Shown piece after piece: positions 21,685-32,088 of a stretch of DNA of 34,269 bases. The first letter of the stretch is position 1, and every line of letters begins with the position of its first letter. The stretch is from positions 1 to 34,269 of the forward strand of contig JAUCBJ010004699.1 of the NCBI GenBank assembly GCA_032718475.1, given 5' to 3'. The stretch comes from Nemertoderma westbladi. Its lineage: Eukaryota; Animalia; Xenacoelomorpha. The notes under the pieces were generated by a model that ran no database searches, was not told the DNA's origin, and worked only from the letters and a program-made list of their open reading frames with translations. The position numbers and the translations under genes were made by a program.

Positions 21685-21696
21685 ACAGTCAGTCTT

Positions 21697-21847
21697 TTAT
21701 ATCCCTAAAATTCAAATAGTGGGTCAAATAGTGGGTAGTTTTGAAAAAATCGTTCTGATCCTTTCATACCCAACGAATCTAAAGTCAAAAACATGATAAA
21801 GTTATAATTTTTAAAAAAATTTCGAGGGGTGGCAGGTAAAAGGTTAA
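21697..21847 (+). mobile_element. piggyBac right terminus, probably belonging to the 14362-16140 element
   Basis: Ends GGTGGCAGGTAAAAGG+TTAA (21844-21847). TCAAATAGT occurs on both sides of the CRE insertion (16435, 21712, 21724). Confidence 0.6.
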
Positions 21848-22339
21848 TATTAATACTCAAGTCAAGTCCAAGTTAGTCTTGGTTCGATCAGTAGATGACG
21901 ACTTTGTCTATAGTGAGAAGTATACAGTTTAATGCTTACAGTTTTCCAAAATCAATCTTGAACAATGATGATGATCTCAGAAGTGCCTTTAATATTATCA
22001 GACAATCCCTCACCGTCTTTATTATTATCAGCCAATCCCTCTTTGATGAAAAATTTAGCAATGATACCAAAACAATATCAAATGTGATGTTGGGGACAAC
22101 TATTTGGATTTAATGACGTTATAACAGGCTTAAAAAATGAAAAAACAGCCTTGGATCCATCATGATATATGATCATCATGTATGGATCACGATTTTTGAA
22201 TGATGCTAAAACCAGGTGTGTTGTTAATGAGCATGAGTTATTGGCTATTCAGTTGAGAGCTGAGAGATGCAAACTGTAATTACATGGTGCCGATCATTTT
22301 CATGTCAATACAGACCAAAACCACTTCTAGCAATATGCA

Positions 22340-22625
22340 ATAGTACCTTTATGACCTGAATAATGTATTTGCTATGGTTATTTGGAAGCCTGGTAGAAGT
22401 CCAGCAGTATTTTTCCATTTTGGTTGATATCTCTTAGATTGTATTGCCCAATAATGTTGTGACTTATATGCTGTGTCGTCTTCCTTGTTCCCATGTGTCC
22501 GTTAAAATCACCCAATATTAATAAATTTCCTTTACTTCCTGTACAATTTGAATATGTAGATTATCCATAAAATTTGCTAAAATTGGCATAATATGTGCCT
22601 AAACTATTGGTGTGATTAGATTAAA
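22340..22625 (-). pseudogene. RTE-like LINE AP-endonuclease fragment
   Basis: Minus strand reads NLLILGDFNGHMG...NIIGQYNLRDINQNGKILLDF and, after a frameshift, IANTLF. Confidence 0.8.
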
Positions 22626-22654
22626 TTAAATGATAAAGAAGGGATCTACAAGAT

Positions 22655-23000
22655 CTTGTTGAGCTATTTGTTTCTGTAATTTCGTTGATAGCATATTTTC
22701 TGGAGCCTGTAATCCTGCTAATTCTGAATGACAATTCATCATGACCAGTAATGTAGATTTCACTACAATAGTTGGCACATGCAAAGTATCAACGGCTGGT
22801 CTGTATTTTATATTAATTATAATTCTGATGGTACAAATCATATCTTTAGTAATTAGTGCTGGCACAGTCTTTCCTCTTTTCCCAACTACCTGCTGCCTGT
22901 AGTAGGTTGGTAGTTTATCTTTCTTTCGCTTTGTATCGTTTATCAAAATCTGATAACAACATTTTGGCAGATCTTCGAATTAAGTGTTATTTAAATTTCT
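22655..23000 (-). pseudogene. Tyrosine-recombinase fragment of a second family (GKRG..VP.L type)
   Basis: RRSAKMLLSDF...VVGKRGKTVPALITKDM...R...ELAGLQAPENMLSTKLQKQIA (family pattern STKLRKHIAT); frameshifted and truncated. Confidence 0.65.
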
Positions 23001-23138
23001 TAGTTGCTGCCCAAAAGTCAACCTTGTGGATTATATGACCCTTGAGTCACTTTCCTATCCGAAAATGGCTCCAACAAATTAGCTGAGAAGGAAAATATAT
23101 TATTTTGGCTTGGAGAACTGGTCAAAATTATCTTTTAA

Positions 23139-24212
23139 CCCTCCCCCGGTAACGTGGGGTAAAATAATACCCCAAGAGGATTACTTTTGATATTTTTCGA
23201 CAATCTCTCATAATATGTATGTCCAACTTCATAGTATCTTCCAAAAAACTTGTAATCTAACGATTGTGTGGGTCAAACCCATAAAATTTTATTTATGAAA
23301 AATGTTATGGGCCCTTAATTTGAAAACAACTTAGTTAGGTAAGATGGGGTATACCCCATAGTGTCATGGTGCTCGTTTAGTGGTGCTTTGTGACTCATTT
23401 TGGTTTCATTGGAACCACAATGGTAGATTTAGTTGTACTAGACAGCTAGAGGCATGTTTTAACTTTGACTTTTAAGACCAAATTATCAGTATTATGAAGC
23501 TACTGTATTGTGCGGCCTGTATTTCACAAGCCAAGACTTCAGCCTAATCGCGATGCGATAGATTGCTAAGTATATGCGAATAATTCTTATTGTAGGCTTT
23601 CTTAGAGGTGTTCTGGCCTTTTGGGTCTCATTTTGGGTTCATTGAAACTGCAATGTATAATTTAGTTGCACAATAATCACATTTTATGACCAAATCATCA
23701 GTACTTTTGCAGTCATGGTGTATATTTCATATTACAATTCAAGATCTTGTGCTATTGCGAGGTGATATATCTGTATATATATATCACTTTGTTGACTTTT
23801 AGTGGTGGTATTTGACTCATTTTATGCTTATTGGAAGTGCAATGGTATACTTCAGGGTGTACTTGACCCATAACACCACTAAAAAACCTAAAATGAGAAA
23901 CACTCTCACAGCTAATGCTTTGCTATGATAGTATCTTGTTGCAAAACGCCCCATCACGACGTTAACGATGATCACGATTGTAGTGGGATAACTTTTGTGG
24001 CATTGAGCGTTGGGTAGACTTCAACCAAATTGAAAAAAAAAGTTCACAACTTATTTTTTCACCATTTGGCAAATTCTGGGAGGGGGATTGTAAGTGTTTT
24101 TCTGTTTAATGTTACTTAAAATGTCTTATCAATTTGGGGTATAATCAATTTGGGGTATAAAAATACCCCATGTTACCGGAGAAGGATAATTTTTTACCAT
24201 AACGGGGGAGGG
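23139..24212. mobile_element. Complete piggyBac-like MITE, about 1.07 kb
   Basis: TIRs CCCTCCCCCGGTA and TAACGGGGGAGGG (12/13 match); flanks TTAA (23135-23138) and TTCA (24213-24216); subterminal GGGGTA...TACCCC palindromes at both ends; three diverged internal repeats of about 200 bp. Confidence 0.85.
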
Positions 24213-24489
24213 TTCAAAAGAGTAACAAGCAACAAAGGTGTGTGCTTAGGCTTAGATTAGATGCTGTTATGGAAAACACTGAGGAATTCAGAGAGAGAAG
24301 CAGAAGGAAGGATATTCCAAAGTTGCTAGAGATAGTAGTACAGGCATCTGAAAGTCTGTCAGTCTGTAGGCTCATCTTATGTAAACGGTAGTAGTATCCA
24401 ACCAAGTCAAATCAAAATACTGAGGAGTTGTACAATACAATATAGTATAAAATAGATGATTAATAGTTCGTAATTGACTGGACTACAGC

Positions 24490-24762
24490 TCTTCGAGTAT
24501 CTCTCATAGCAGGTGTTTTGATCAACCGACTTTTTGTGATATGGATGCATGGTTTAGAGGTCTTCAGGTATCTCTCGCATTGGGTGTTTCACCTGAGTTA
24601 GCTCTGTGGCATCACAGTTCAAGACAATCCTAGTCTTCCTTTGCTCAATGGTTTCCCTCCTATGAAAAGCTACTTGCTTGGCCCTAATTTGAGCTTGATG
24701 TTCCACAGTGGAGTGTTTTGCCTTTCTCTGGGTCAAGCAGTATCGCCTTTTAGGGAGGCATA
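24490..24762 (-). pseudogene. Possible Helitron Rep-helicase N-terminal remnant
   Basis: MP/PKRRYCLTQRKAK...RRETIEQRKTR, and after a frameshift ETPNARDTRR with a further ..TPAMRDTRR repeat, resembling the ETxEQRxxRL repeats at Helitron N-termini. Confidence 0.4.
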
Positions 24763-25105
24763 CCGTCTGACTGTACTGCAACCGCACTGCAACCACACTG
24801 CACTGGTAGGCTAGATACCGGTCTACCAGCAGACTATACAGGCAGACAGATAGATAAAATACCAAGGTTAGCGTTCTCCTGGTAGCGGTAGGAGGTCAGT
24901 AGGTGACATACCAGCATACAGGCATACAGTACTGATATACACTGATACAGTACCATTAATACTGCAGTACTGCTGCAGCACTGCAGGCAATACAATACAT
25001 GTCAACATGTAATATAGCAATGCATTATGCATTGTAACTAATGTATATAACGTATTGTAATATAAATGTATTGTATGTAACTGTCAGGGTCAGATATCCA
25101 GGTCA

Positions 25106-25190
25106 TAGATATCCTCTGTCCAACCAGCTATCCCATAGATGCCGTTTAGATATCCCCTGTCCAACCAGCTACCCCATAGATGCCGTTTAG
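25106..25190. repeat. 41-bp tandem duplication
   Basis: TAGATATCC(T/C)CTGTCCAACCAGCTA(T/C)CCCATAGATGCCGTT, two copies. Confidence 0.9.
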
Positions 25191-25499
25191 GTTATAGAAG
25201 GCACACCACCGATACTACCAATCTCCTTTATGGATTTATGCCTTTGTGGCACAGATTCCAAGGGACCAATCGTTATCTCTATTGTATGAGGAGATAGGGG
25301 ATCCATTGAGGTAGACACTCTTACCAGGACTCCATTATTAAGTCCAGGACAAGTATTAAGTCACCAGCAGTACTGTTGAATCCAGATATATCTAGAGTGT
25401 AACTAGTGGTAAAATTCCCATAATGGGGCTAATGCTGTGGACGCCACACCGCAGCATGCAGTGTATTTATTAGTTTATATTTAGGAGAAAGCCATCATG

Positions 25500-25920
25500 A
25501 GCAAGCGAGCATGGCTCCATCCTCGACCCGGATAACATAGTCCACCTCCCATTCTGATGGCATGGCCATAGCGGGAACCATGTAACCATCCAACAATCAT
25601 CTGATTGGTGGTCACACACATAGAATCGAACCTTGGGTCCACAGATAGTCTCCTCCAATGCACCAACCTAGGGAGGATTTCTGCCCATAACACATGTCAC
25701 ATTATTCAGAGTATTCCCGTATCATCCCTTCAAATTGTCAATACCAAACTGAGCTGTTATCACAGAGATCATTACCACCAAAAATCAGAACGATGGCACA
25801 AGGTCTATCTACTCTGCCAAGTGGACATAACCTCCTGTGGGTTGTGGGTAGAAAAAACCCTCCCTAGAATGCCATACAAACCGAGCTTTAGCAACTGTTG
25901 AAAACAGGCCAATATTATGA
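25500..25920 (-). pseudogene. Degenerate SGNH-hydrolase ORF of the type carried by Ngaro/DIRS-like retroelements
   Basis: HNIGL...FVWHSREG; IVLIFGGNDL; VLWAEILPRLVHWRR; EDGA at the position of DGVH; several frameshifts. Confidence 0.55.
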
Positions 25921-26472
25921 TTGTGAGTTAAACATTCCCTCCCTGTTGATAAATCTAAGGAGATAATCTGTGTGGGAAGAACCCACAACTCGAATGTCTT
26001 GAATGAAGGAAGTTGCGTTCACATCAAGGAACTGAGTGTAATGGATTACGAGTATGTGGCATTATTCGAGATTTGTAATAGTAGTTATCGACATATAAAA
26101 TAAGTGCATTCCTTTTATATGAGATGGATCTTTTATATGAGATAAAATTGAAGAAGAAACAACTATATGGTACAGTGCATTTATTATTTACTGGGAAGAA
26201 ATTTGTTTTAGTTACAATGAATTATAACTTTAGCTTGATCAGCATACTTTGTCATGATGAGTTCACCAAAGCCTAACTAACCATTAGGTTTAAAGCCAAT
26301 AATTAAATACACATTGAAGTGCGTTGCTTCAAGGGTAGCTAATCAATCTTCTTGCCTGAAACATTTGCTTGAGTGTAAAGCTGTACCAAAATTTGATATT
26401 TTTTATGTTGTGATCAGGCTACTGAATAATTTGAATCATCGGAATGACTTAAACAAAATGTCTAAACATAAT

Positions 26473-26708
26473 ACTCTGGCCCTACCGGTAAATGACAGGG
26501 ATGGAAGTTACAAACTACGCGTAGCTACGCGTAGGTCGAAAAGATTTACCCAAATATAGAGAAGTTATAGAGAAGCGATAGAGAAATTTCCGGCGGACAT
26601 AAAAAGTAAAAAAAATGGGGTAAATATTTTCAACCTACGCGTAGGCCTACGCGTAGCTACGCGTAGTTTGTAACTTCCACTCTTGTCATTTACAGTTAGG
26701 GCCAGACT
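26473..26708. mobile_element. Palindromic MITE (about 235 bp) with about 80-bp imperfect TIRs
   Basis: Left arm TCTGGCCCTACCGGTAAATGACAGGGATGGAAGTTACAAACTACGCGTAGCTACGCGTAGG; reverse complement of the right arm TCTGGCCCTAACTGTAAATGACAAGAGTGGAAGTTACAAACTACGCGTAGCTACGCGTAGG. Confidence 0.85.
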
Positions 26709-26728
26709 TACTGCCTTTTTAACAATAA

Positions 26729-26822
26729 CTCCGCGTAGGTGTTTTAAAACTACGCGTAGTTATATTGGAACTACGCGTAGGTATTTTGAAATTACGCGTA
26801 GGTGCTACGCGTAGCAGTCCTG
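26729..26822. repeat. Array of CTACGCGTAG palindromes ending in a hAT-like terminus (…CAGTCCTG)
   Basis: Copies start at 26729, 26750, 26771, 26792 and 26805. Confidence 0.7.
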
Positions 26823-27639
26823 ATAACAATGATTTCATTTCAGGTCCGGTAGGGGGTAGGGTTGAGTTGTTAGGCAAGTATCGGTATATGTCAGGTATCT
26901 GATTATCAGACAAATGGAATAACAGAATCGGAAACTCATACTCTACATACCTGGATCAGAATTCTTAGTAAAATTGGTATGAAATTAGTATGAATTGGTC
27001 TAAACTTTCCGTTAACTTATCAACTAGTAAAATTTCTGAGATTGTACTAAAATCCTATTAATAACTTGGGAAACATTGTAAGAATGACAAATTAGTAAAA
27101 ATTAACAAGTGCAAATTCAATATACTTAACAAGTGTGACACTATTACATAAAGCTTTATAAGAATGACAAAGTAGTATTAGTATACTTATGCAGAACTTG
27201 CCAAGGTCTTAAACAATAACCTGAATTGACTGGCATGCTGCCATATGTGGCATTCTGCATTCTGTAGTTTGCAGGCAGGTATAGCGAGCGTATCCTGTAT
27301 ACTGGTATAGGTCTTTACAGGTCTTTATGGGTCTATAATCTGCATATGGCTGGTTTTTTTTAAAGTTTAATTTTAAGAAACTTATTTTTTGGTGAATAAT
27401 TAGTGCTGGCAGATATGGAGGTATGCAACAATAACAATATTTAACAAATAGGTTGAAAAACATGTTCAAGAACATGGTTCAGTAATTCATATTTTCCATT
27501 TAGGCTAGTTCCGCTAGTTTACAACTTAACATGTTTGTTTATATAAATCCTTTAAACAAAATTTAAGAAGTAAACTTTGAAGAAATGCTACAGGTACAAG
27601 TTTGGAAGAGCGATTACTTTACTCCTCGACTATGCAATG

Positions 27640-27930
27640 CGTGATGGATCCTCGGACAGTCTATGGTGAAAGGAATCGTGGCGATGTAACAGCTAGGTTC
27701 GACACTGAACCGTTATCTGCTGGAACGTCTGTCTGCCAGAGTCGAGACTGCTGTTCACGCAATGGGGAGATCTTTGAGGAACCACATCAAGTGAATTCAT
27801 TTGGAGGTATTCTACTCATGGATGCCTCGAATGCGTTTAATTCGTTAAACTGGACAGTCGCGATGTGGAACGCCAGTGCCAGTCCGTTGTGGCCTGGCCT
27901 AGCCAGATACTCATTGTTGTTCAGGGGGCA
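27640..27930 (+). pseudogene. Degenerate RT fragment of a second CRE family
   Basis: RGDVTARFDTEPLSAG...EIFEE...GILLMDASNAFNSLNWTVAMWNA...LWP, homologous to ILQIDANNAFNSLNRAAAVHN in the intact CRE ORF. Confidence 0.75.
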
Positions 27931-29559
27931 CAATATCCCTACAGTTCGAAGGACAACGAGGGGATCCCCCTACATCCACCAACTCCTGAAAAATCATCTA
28001 CAGAACAACTTGTTCTTGGACGGTAGATTACATTATTACTTATTCTGTTCTATTGTTCACAATTTTTCAAGTGAAAGTTTGTTCTATGGGATAATTCATT
28101 CAGAGTCATTTCCCCTTGCTTTTGAGTTTTTTTTATGATGACTAATACAGTAGTAATAATGATTTGCATTTAAACCTCTATTTTGCGTTTTTAATAGATT
28201 GTGTCAGGTGGTCGATCAGTAGGCCTATATTAATTAAGCTAAAACTATTTAAGATTAATACAATTATAATTTATCACCATAAATACGTCTTATCGTTTTT
28301 TTATCTTTCACCTTACTATTAAAAATACGACCAAAAATGCAAAACTTCTCGAAAAACTTATCTACCATCATCGGCACACATTTGTATACTCATGTCGTTT
28401 TATTTAATTTATGATATTTTGCTGCGGCCAATGTAAATTATTTTATCATTAATGGAAACTTGTTCTTCAACTAACATATTATCAATCAACGCCCATTTAC
28501 TTTATGTTCGTTGTTGTTAAGAAAACCTTAATTGGTTTGTAGGTTTAACCTCGTTTATACCGATGTTCAATCATTTGTATTGTTTATATATGCTACCCAA
28601 CAAATATAATATTTTGAATACCGGTACTACAACATAAAGTTTTATGCTATTATGCAATGCAACACACAACATGTATACTTATGCAATTTTTACAGAATAT
28701 TGAAATGTGCTATCAAATTAGAGAAACATTTATACTTATTCAAATTTGACAGAAATGTGTTAATCTAATTTTATAAATTATTGTAGTCGTGAGGGTTTGT
28801 TTGTTTTAGGAATAAAGAATAATATGATATCAATAAATTACTGAAACAATTTCATATGTTGAAATTAGGAACTTATTTGAAAACTTGCATTATGTTACGT
28901 AGTAAGTTAGTAAAAAATATATTTTACTCTTTTTTTAGTAAAAAACTATTGTTTTTAAAAACAAAGTGGCTATAGTAAATCGTTATTGTCGGTATGCAGA
29001 TATGCCGCAAAATTGACCGACCACAAGTGGAACATAGTTTTGTTTTTGTTTTGATTAGAAAATAACACCACTGTTAACTGACCATTTCTATTAATATTTT
29101 AAATTAAATTAAAACACCCCACTTTTAAACGCACTAGACACAGAGCTGGGGCTTGCGATCATTTTGCGCCATGAATTCCAGATATTACTATGTATCATGT
29201 TGCTTTGAATCTGTGTAATAGTATTAATTTAACATGATGGTATTTGAGATGAAATACAGTCGACATTCTGAAACTAAATATATTTTTAATTTGTAAAGAA
29301 GACATGGACCAGATAATTATTACTAAACAGGAACACGAATGAGATAGCACCATACTCACTCAATACGATTTTGCAAGTTACTTGCTATAAATGGTTTAAG
29401 GAATTATATAGGACTTTGCTATACTTAATAAGTGAATAACAAATGCTTTCAGATAACAGGAAAACAAATTTACCATGACTGGCCATTATTAATAAGTACT
29501 TGACAAATGCTTGCTAAACTGTAAAACAATTGGTTTTAAACTTATCAAGTTTGAGTGAG

Positions 29560-30655
29560 TACTACTAGGATCGGCATGCTGCATTGCAGCTGCATTTTTA
29601 AGAATGCTGTGCCGGCTTGTCAACAAAATTGCACCGCCACAACTCCCTATCACCCATGACATTTGCTAGATCATCCGCATCTTTAAGGCCAGTGTCCTTT
29701 AAGATGCGTCTCAAGAAAGTCATGGGCTGTCCACCATGCTTATTCACTCCATGAGGCTGCCAAAGTACAAGATTATGCACTGGCTGGTCCTCATGGCGAA
29801 AGCAATGTCCTGCAAAGCGGAGGCGATTTTGTTCTAGTGTCAAGCTTGGGGGAACCAATGAGACACCTCCAATGTTATATAGTGTCTGGTTGGAGATGTG
29901 TGCATTGTACTTGACACAATGAACCCGGCGTAGCATTCTTGTGAATGTGCCATCCAGAGATTTGGTGTCCTCAGCAGTTAGAGCCCAGCATGGACTCCCG
30001 TAGAGGAGTACTGGAACTACTGCTGCTCTAAATAATCGGACCTTAAGTTTCCGATTAATTCTCGGTGACTTCCAAATCCTGGAAAGCCTATTCAAGGCTG
30101 CCCATGCCTTACCCTTTCGTATTCGAAGGTCCTCACCTGACTTCCGGATCCATGATCCCAGGTAACAGAAGTCGTCCACATGCTCAAGCATACCATCCTT
30201 TGAGCTTATGCTCATCCGATCAGAGACTTGCTGAGGACTTTCAAAGTTAACGGTCAGAATTTTGGTCTTTCTGGAGTTAATAAAAAGACCAACACTAGAA
30301 GCAGCATGTTCTAATGAGCTGAGGAGCCGTTGGGCTCCCTCTAATGATTCTGAGAGTACTCCTAAGTCATCAGCAAAGTCTAGATCAGTTAGGTACTTGG
30401 CAGGATTTCCTCGACTTCTGGAGCCAGTAGGTGGAATTATCATCACCCCATCATCATTATAATGATCTAAGGACATGCGTAGAACATAGTCAACCACAAT
30501 AATGAACAAGAATGGTGCAAGTGTGTCTCCTTGGAGGACGCCCCATAACACTTCAAATGGTTCTGTGTCACCGTCAACAGTAGACACAAATGTTGTCGAA
30601 CCATCATATACTGATCTGATTGCTGCAATAATTTCATCAGGAATCCCATATAATG
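29560..30655 (-). mobile_element. 5'-truncated RTE-clade LINE (RT C-terminal half open to the stop at 29598)
   Basis: YGIPDEII; GVLQGDTLAPFLFIIVVDYVLR; DLDFADD; DFCYLGS; KVRLFRAAVVPVLLYG; RLRFAGHCFR; short TAGTAGTA tail at 29560-29567. Confidence 0.92.
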
Positions 30656-30817
30656 AAAAGAAAATTGCGAATGAAGTGCGTGACCAAGCTATCGGAATAC
30701 TTTGCTGCCGCTTGTGGGTTCTTACTGAGCGCTGCAAACTGATCCGCGGGTGTAGGGAAGTCATCCGAATCGTTGAACTGAACAGATATATCCTTCCCAT
30801 TAGACGCCTCTACATAT
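30656..30817 (-). pseudogene. Helitron-like Rep-region exon fragment
   Basis: After acceptor TTTTACTTTTCAG it reads YVEASNGKDISVQFNDSDDFPTPADQFAALSKNPQAAAKYSDSLVTHFIRNFL, resembling the NPVAAA.FF..LV..FI motif. Confidence 0.45.
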
Positions 30818-30911
30818 CTGAAAAGTAAAATAAAAATATAATTATTAGTTTAGTTAATAATAATATTAATAATAATAATAATATGCTTTAAATATAATAG
30901 AAGGGCGCTCA

Positions 30912-31240
30912 TTAACCCTATTAACCGGTTTAATATGAACCGGTTTTTTTTGTTATAAGTCATAACTCTGAAACGAACGCGTTGTGAATCTGACATTTTA
31001 TGACTTTCCTAAAAATCTATTGTCTTCCCAATTGTGAAAACGGTTTTCAAAAATATTGGGAAGTTTTCGAGTTATAACACCATTTTTAACCCTACTTTTG
31101 GCACTTTATTTGAGACTTTTTTTTGAAAATTACATTTCTTGAAATAAGATTTGTAACATCTCTATTTTTTATTTACACCGGCTTTTTGGTGTTTGCAATT
31201 AGATAGAATTCATATAAATTAATGTAGAAATTTCATACTT
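30912..31240. mobile_element. piggyBac-like left terminus and subterminal region
   Basis: TTAA (30912-30915)+CCCTATTAACCGG with an AACCGGTT...AACCGGTT repeat; the right limit is approximate. Confidence 0.5.
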
Positions 31241-31269
31241 GTTTTTTCGGCGGGTGCCAAATTTTGGTG

Positions 31270-32088
31270 CCAGCACAATTAACACCATTGTCGAATATTA
31301 TTCGAATGATGAGGTTTCACGTATTTCGCCAGGGAAAGCTGATGTGGTTACAGTTATAGTGGAAGGTCAAAAACTGAAAAAACAAAAACGGCATTTGATG
31401 ACATTGACTGAAGCGTTTGCCATCTTTAAAGATAACAAACCTGATATCAGTGTTGGTTTTTCGAAATTTAGCTCATTACGTCCCGCCCATGTGTTATTAT
31501 CATCTCAACTTCCACGAAATGTTGAAACCGAAATGAAAACCACCAAAATATAATTATAATATTGATTGCTTTCCACCGCGAGTTGCCCGAAGTCTTTCCA
31601 TTATACGGCCCAGAATTTATACAAAGCTGTGTTTGCGATTGCACTATCAAGCTATGCATGTCATCTGTTTGTGACTTATGTAAAGATAAGTTAGATGCAA
31701 AGTATGTAAGTGACCTTGATAGTTCTACTTTGGCAAAAAAAATGTCTTGGTGGAAGTGGACAAAACTTGAGAAAGAAAATACAGCTAAACCACAGACAGT
31801 GAAGGTTCAAGAAGAGGGTTCTGTTAGTCAGGCACTCCACTATTTAGATTCAATGTTGCCAAAATTTTTGTGGCATCAATTTATAAAGGTGAGTCAGGCG
31901 GCATTTTATGAAGAGTGCAAACTTATATCTCAGAACACACCCAATGTTGGATTATTACAGATAGATTTCATGGAGAACTACACCTGTTTATTCCAGGACG
32001 AGGTTCATTCTGCACATTGGCAGCAATCTCAGGTATCCATAATGACTTCGGTGCTCTGGGTTAATGGCAAGATTGTGAACACAGTCCT
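31270..32088 (+). pseudogene. Sola2-type DDD transposase internal fragment
   Basis: YYSNDEVSRISPGKADVV; KQKRHLMTLTEAF; VGFSKFSSLRP; frameshift near 31540; CMSSVCDLC; H.FIK.SQ; QIDFMENYTCLFQDEVHSAHW..SQVS; truncated after the first catalytic Asp. Confidence 0.8.

Larger units (their letters stand above)
16447..21690 (-). mobile_element. Apparently full-length CRE-clade non-LTR retrotransposon
   Basis: Single RT-RLE ORF with about 105-nt 5' UTR and about 180-nt 3' UTR ending ...AATTAAAC. Candidate 6-bp target-site duplication AGTCTT at 16441-16446 and 21691-21696. Boundaries are less certain than the family call. Confidence 0.8.

Noticed and set aside
16400-21750. Spliced-leader or snRNA gene as the CRE target
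   Set aside because: The flanks look like piggyBac subterminal DNA; I see no SL exon, donor and Sm-site arrangement.
26729-26814. Mini CRISPR-like palindrome array
   Set aside because: 10-bp repeats with 11-bp spacers that resemble each other; this fits transposon subterminal repeats.
28140-29550. AT-rich stretch examined for genes, RNA genes or repeats
   Set aside because: No supportable ORF, terminus pair or RNA structure found by eye.
30656-30800. N-terminus of the 400-aa RTE ORF
   Set aside because: No RT motifs before YGIP; a different frame gives a Helitron-like peptide, so the ORF start is fortuitous.
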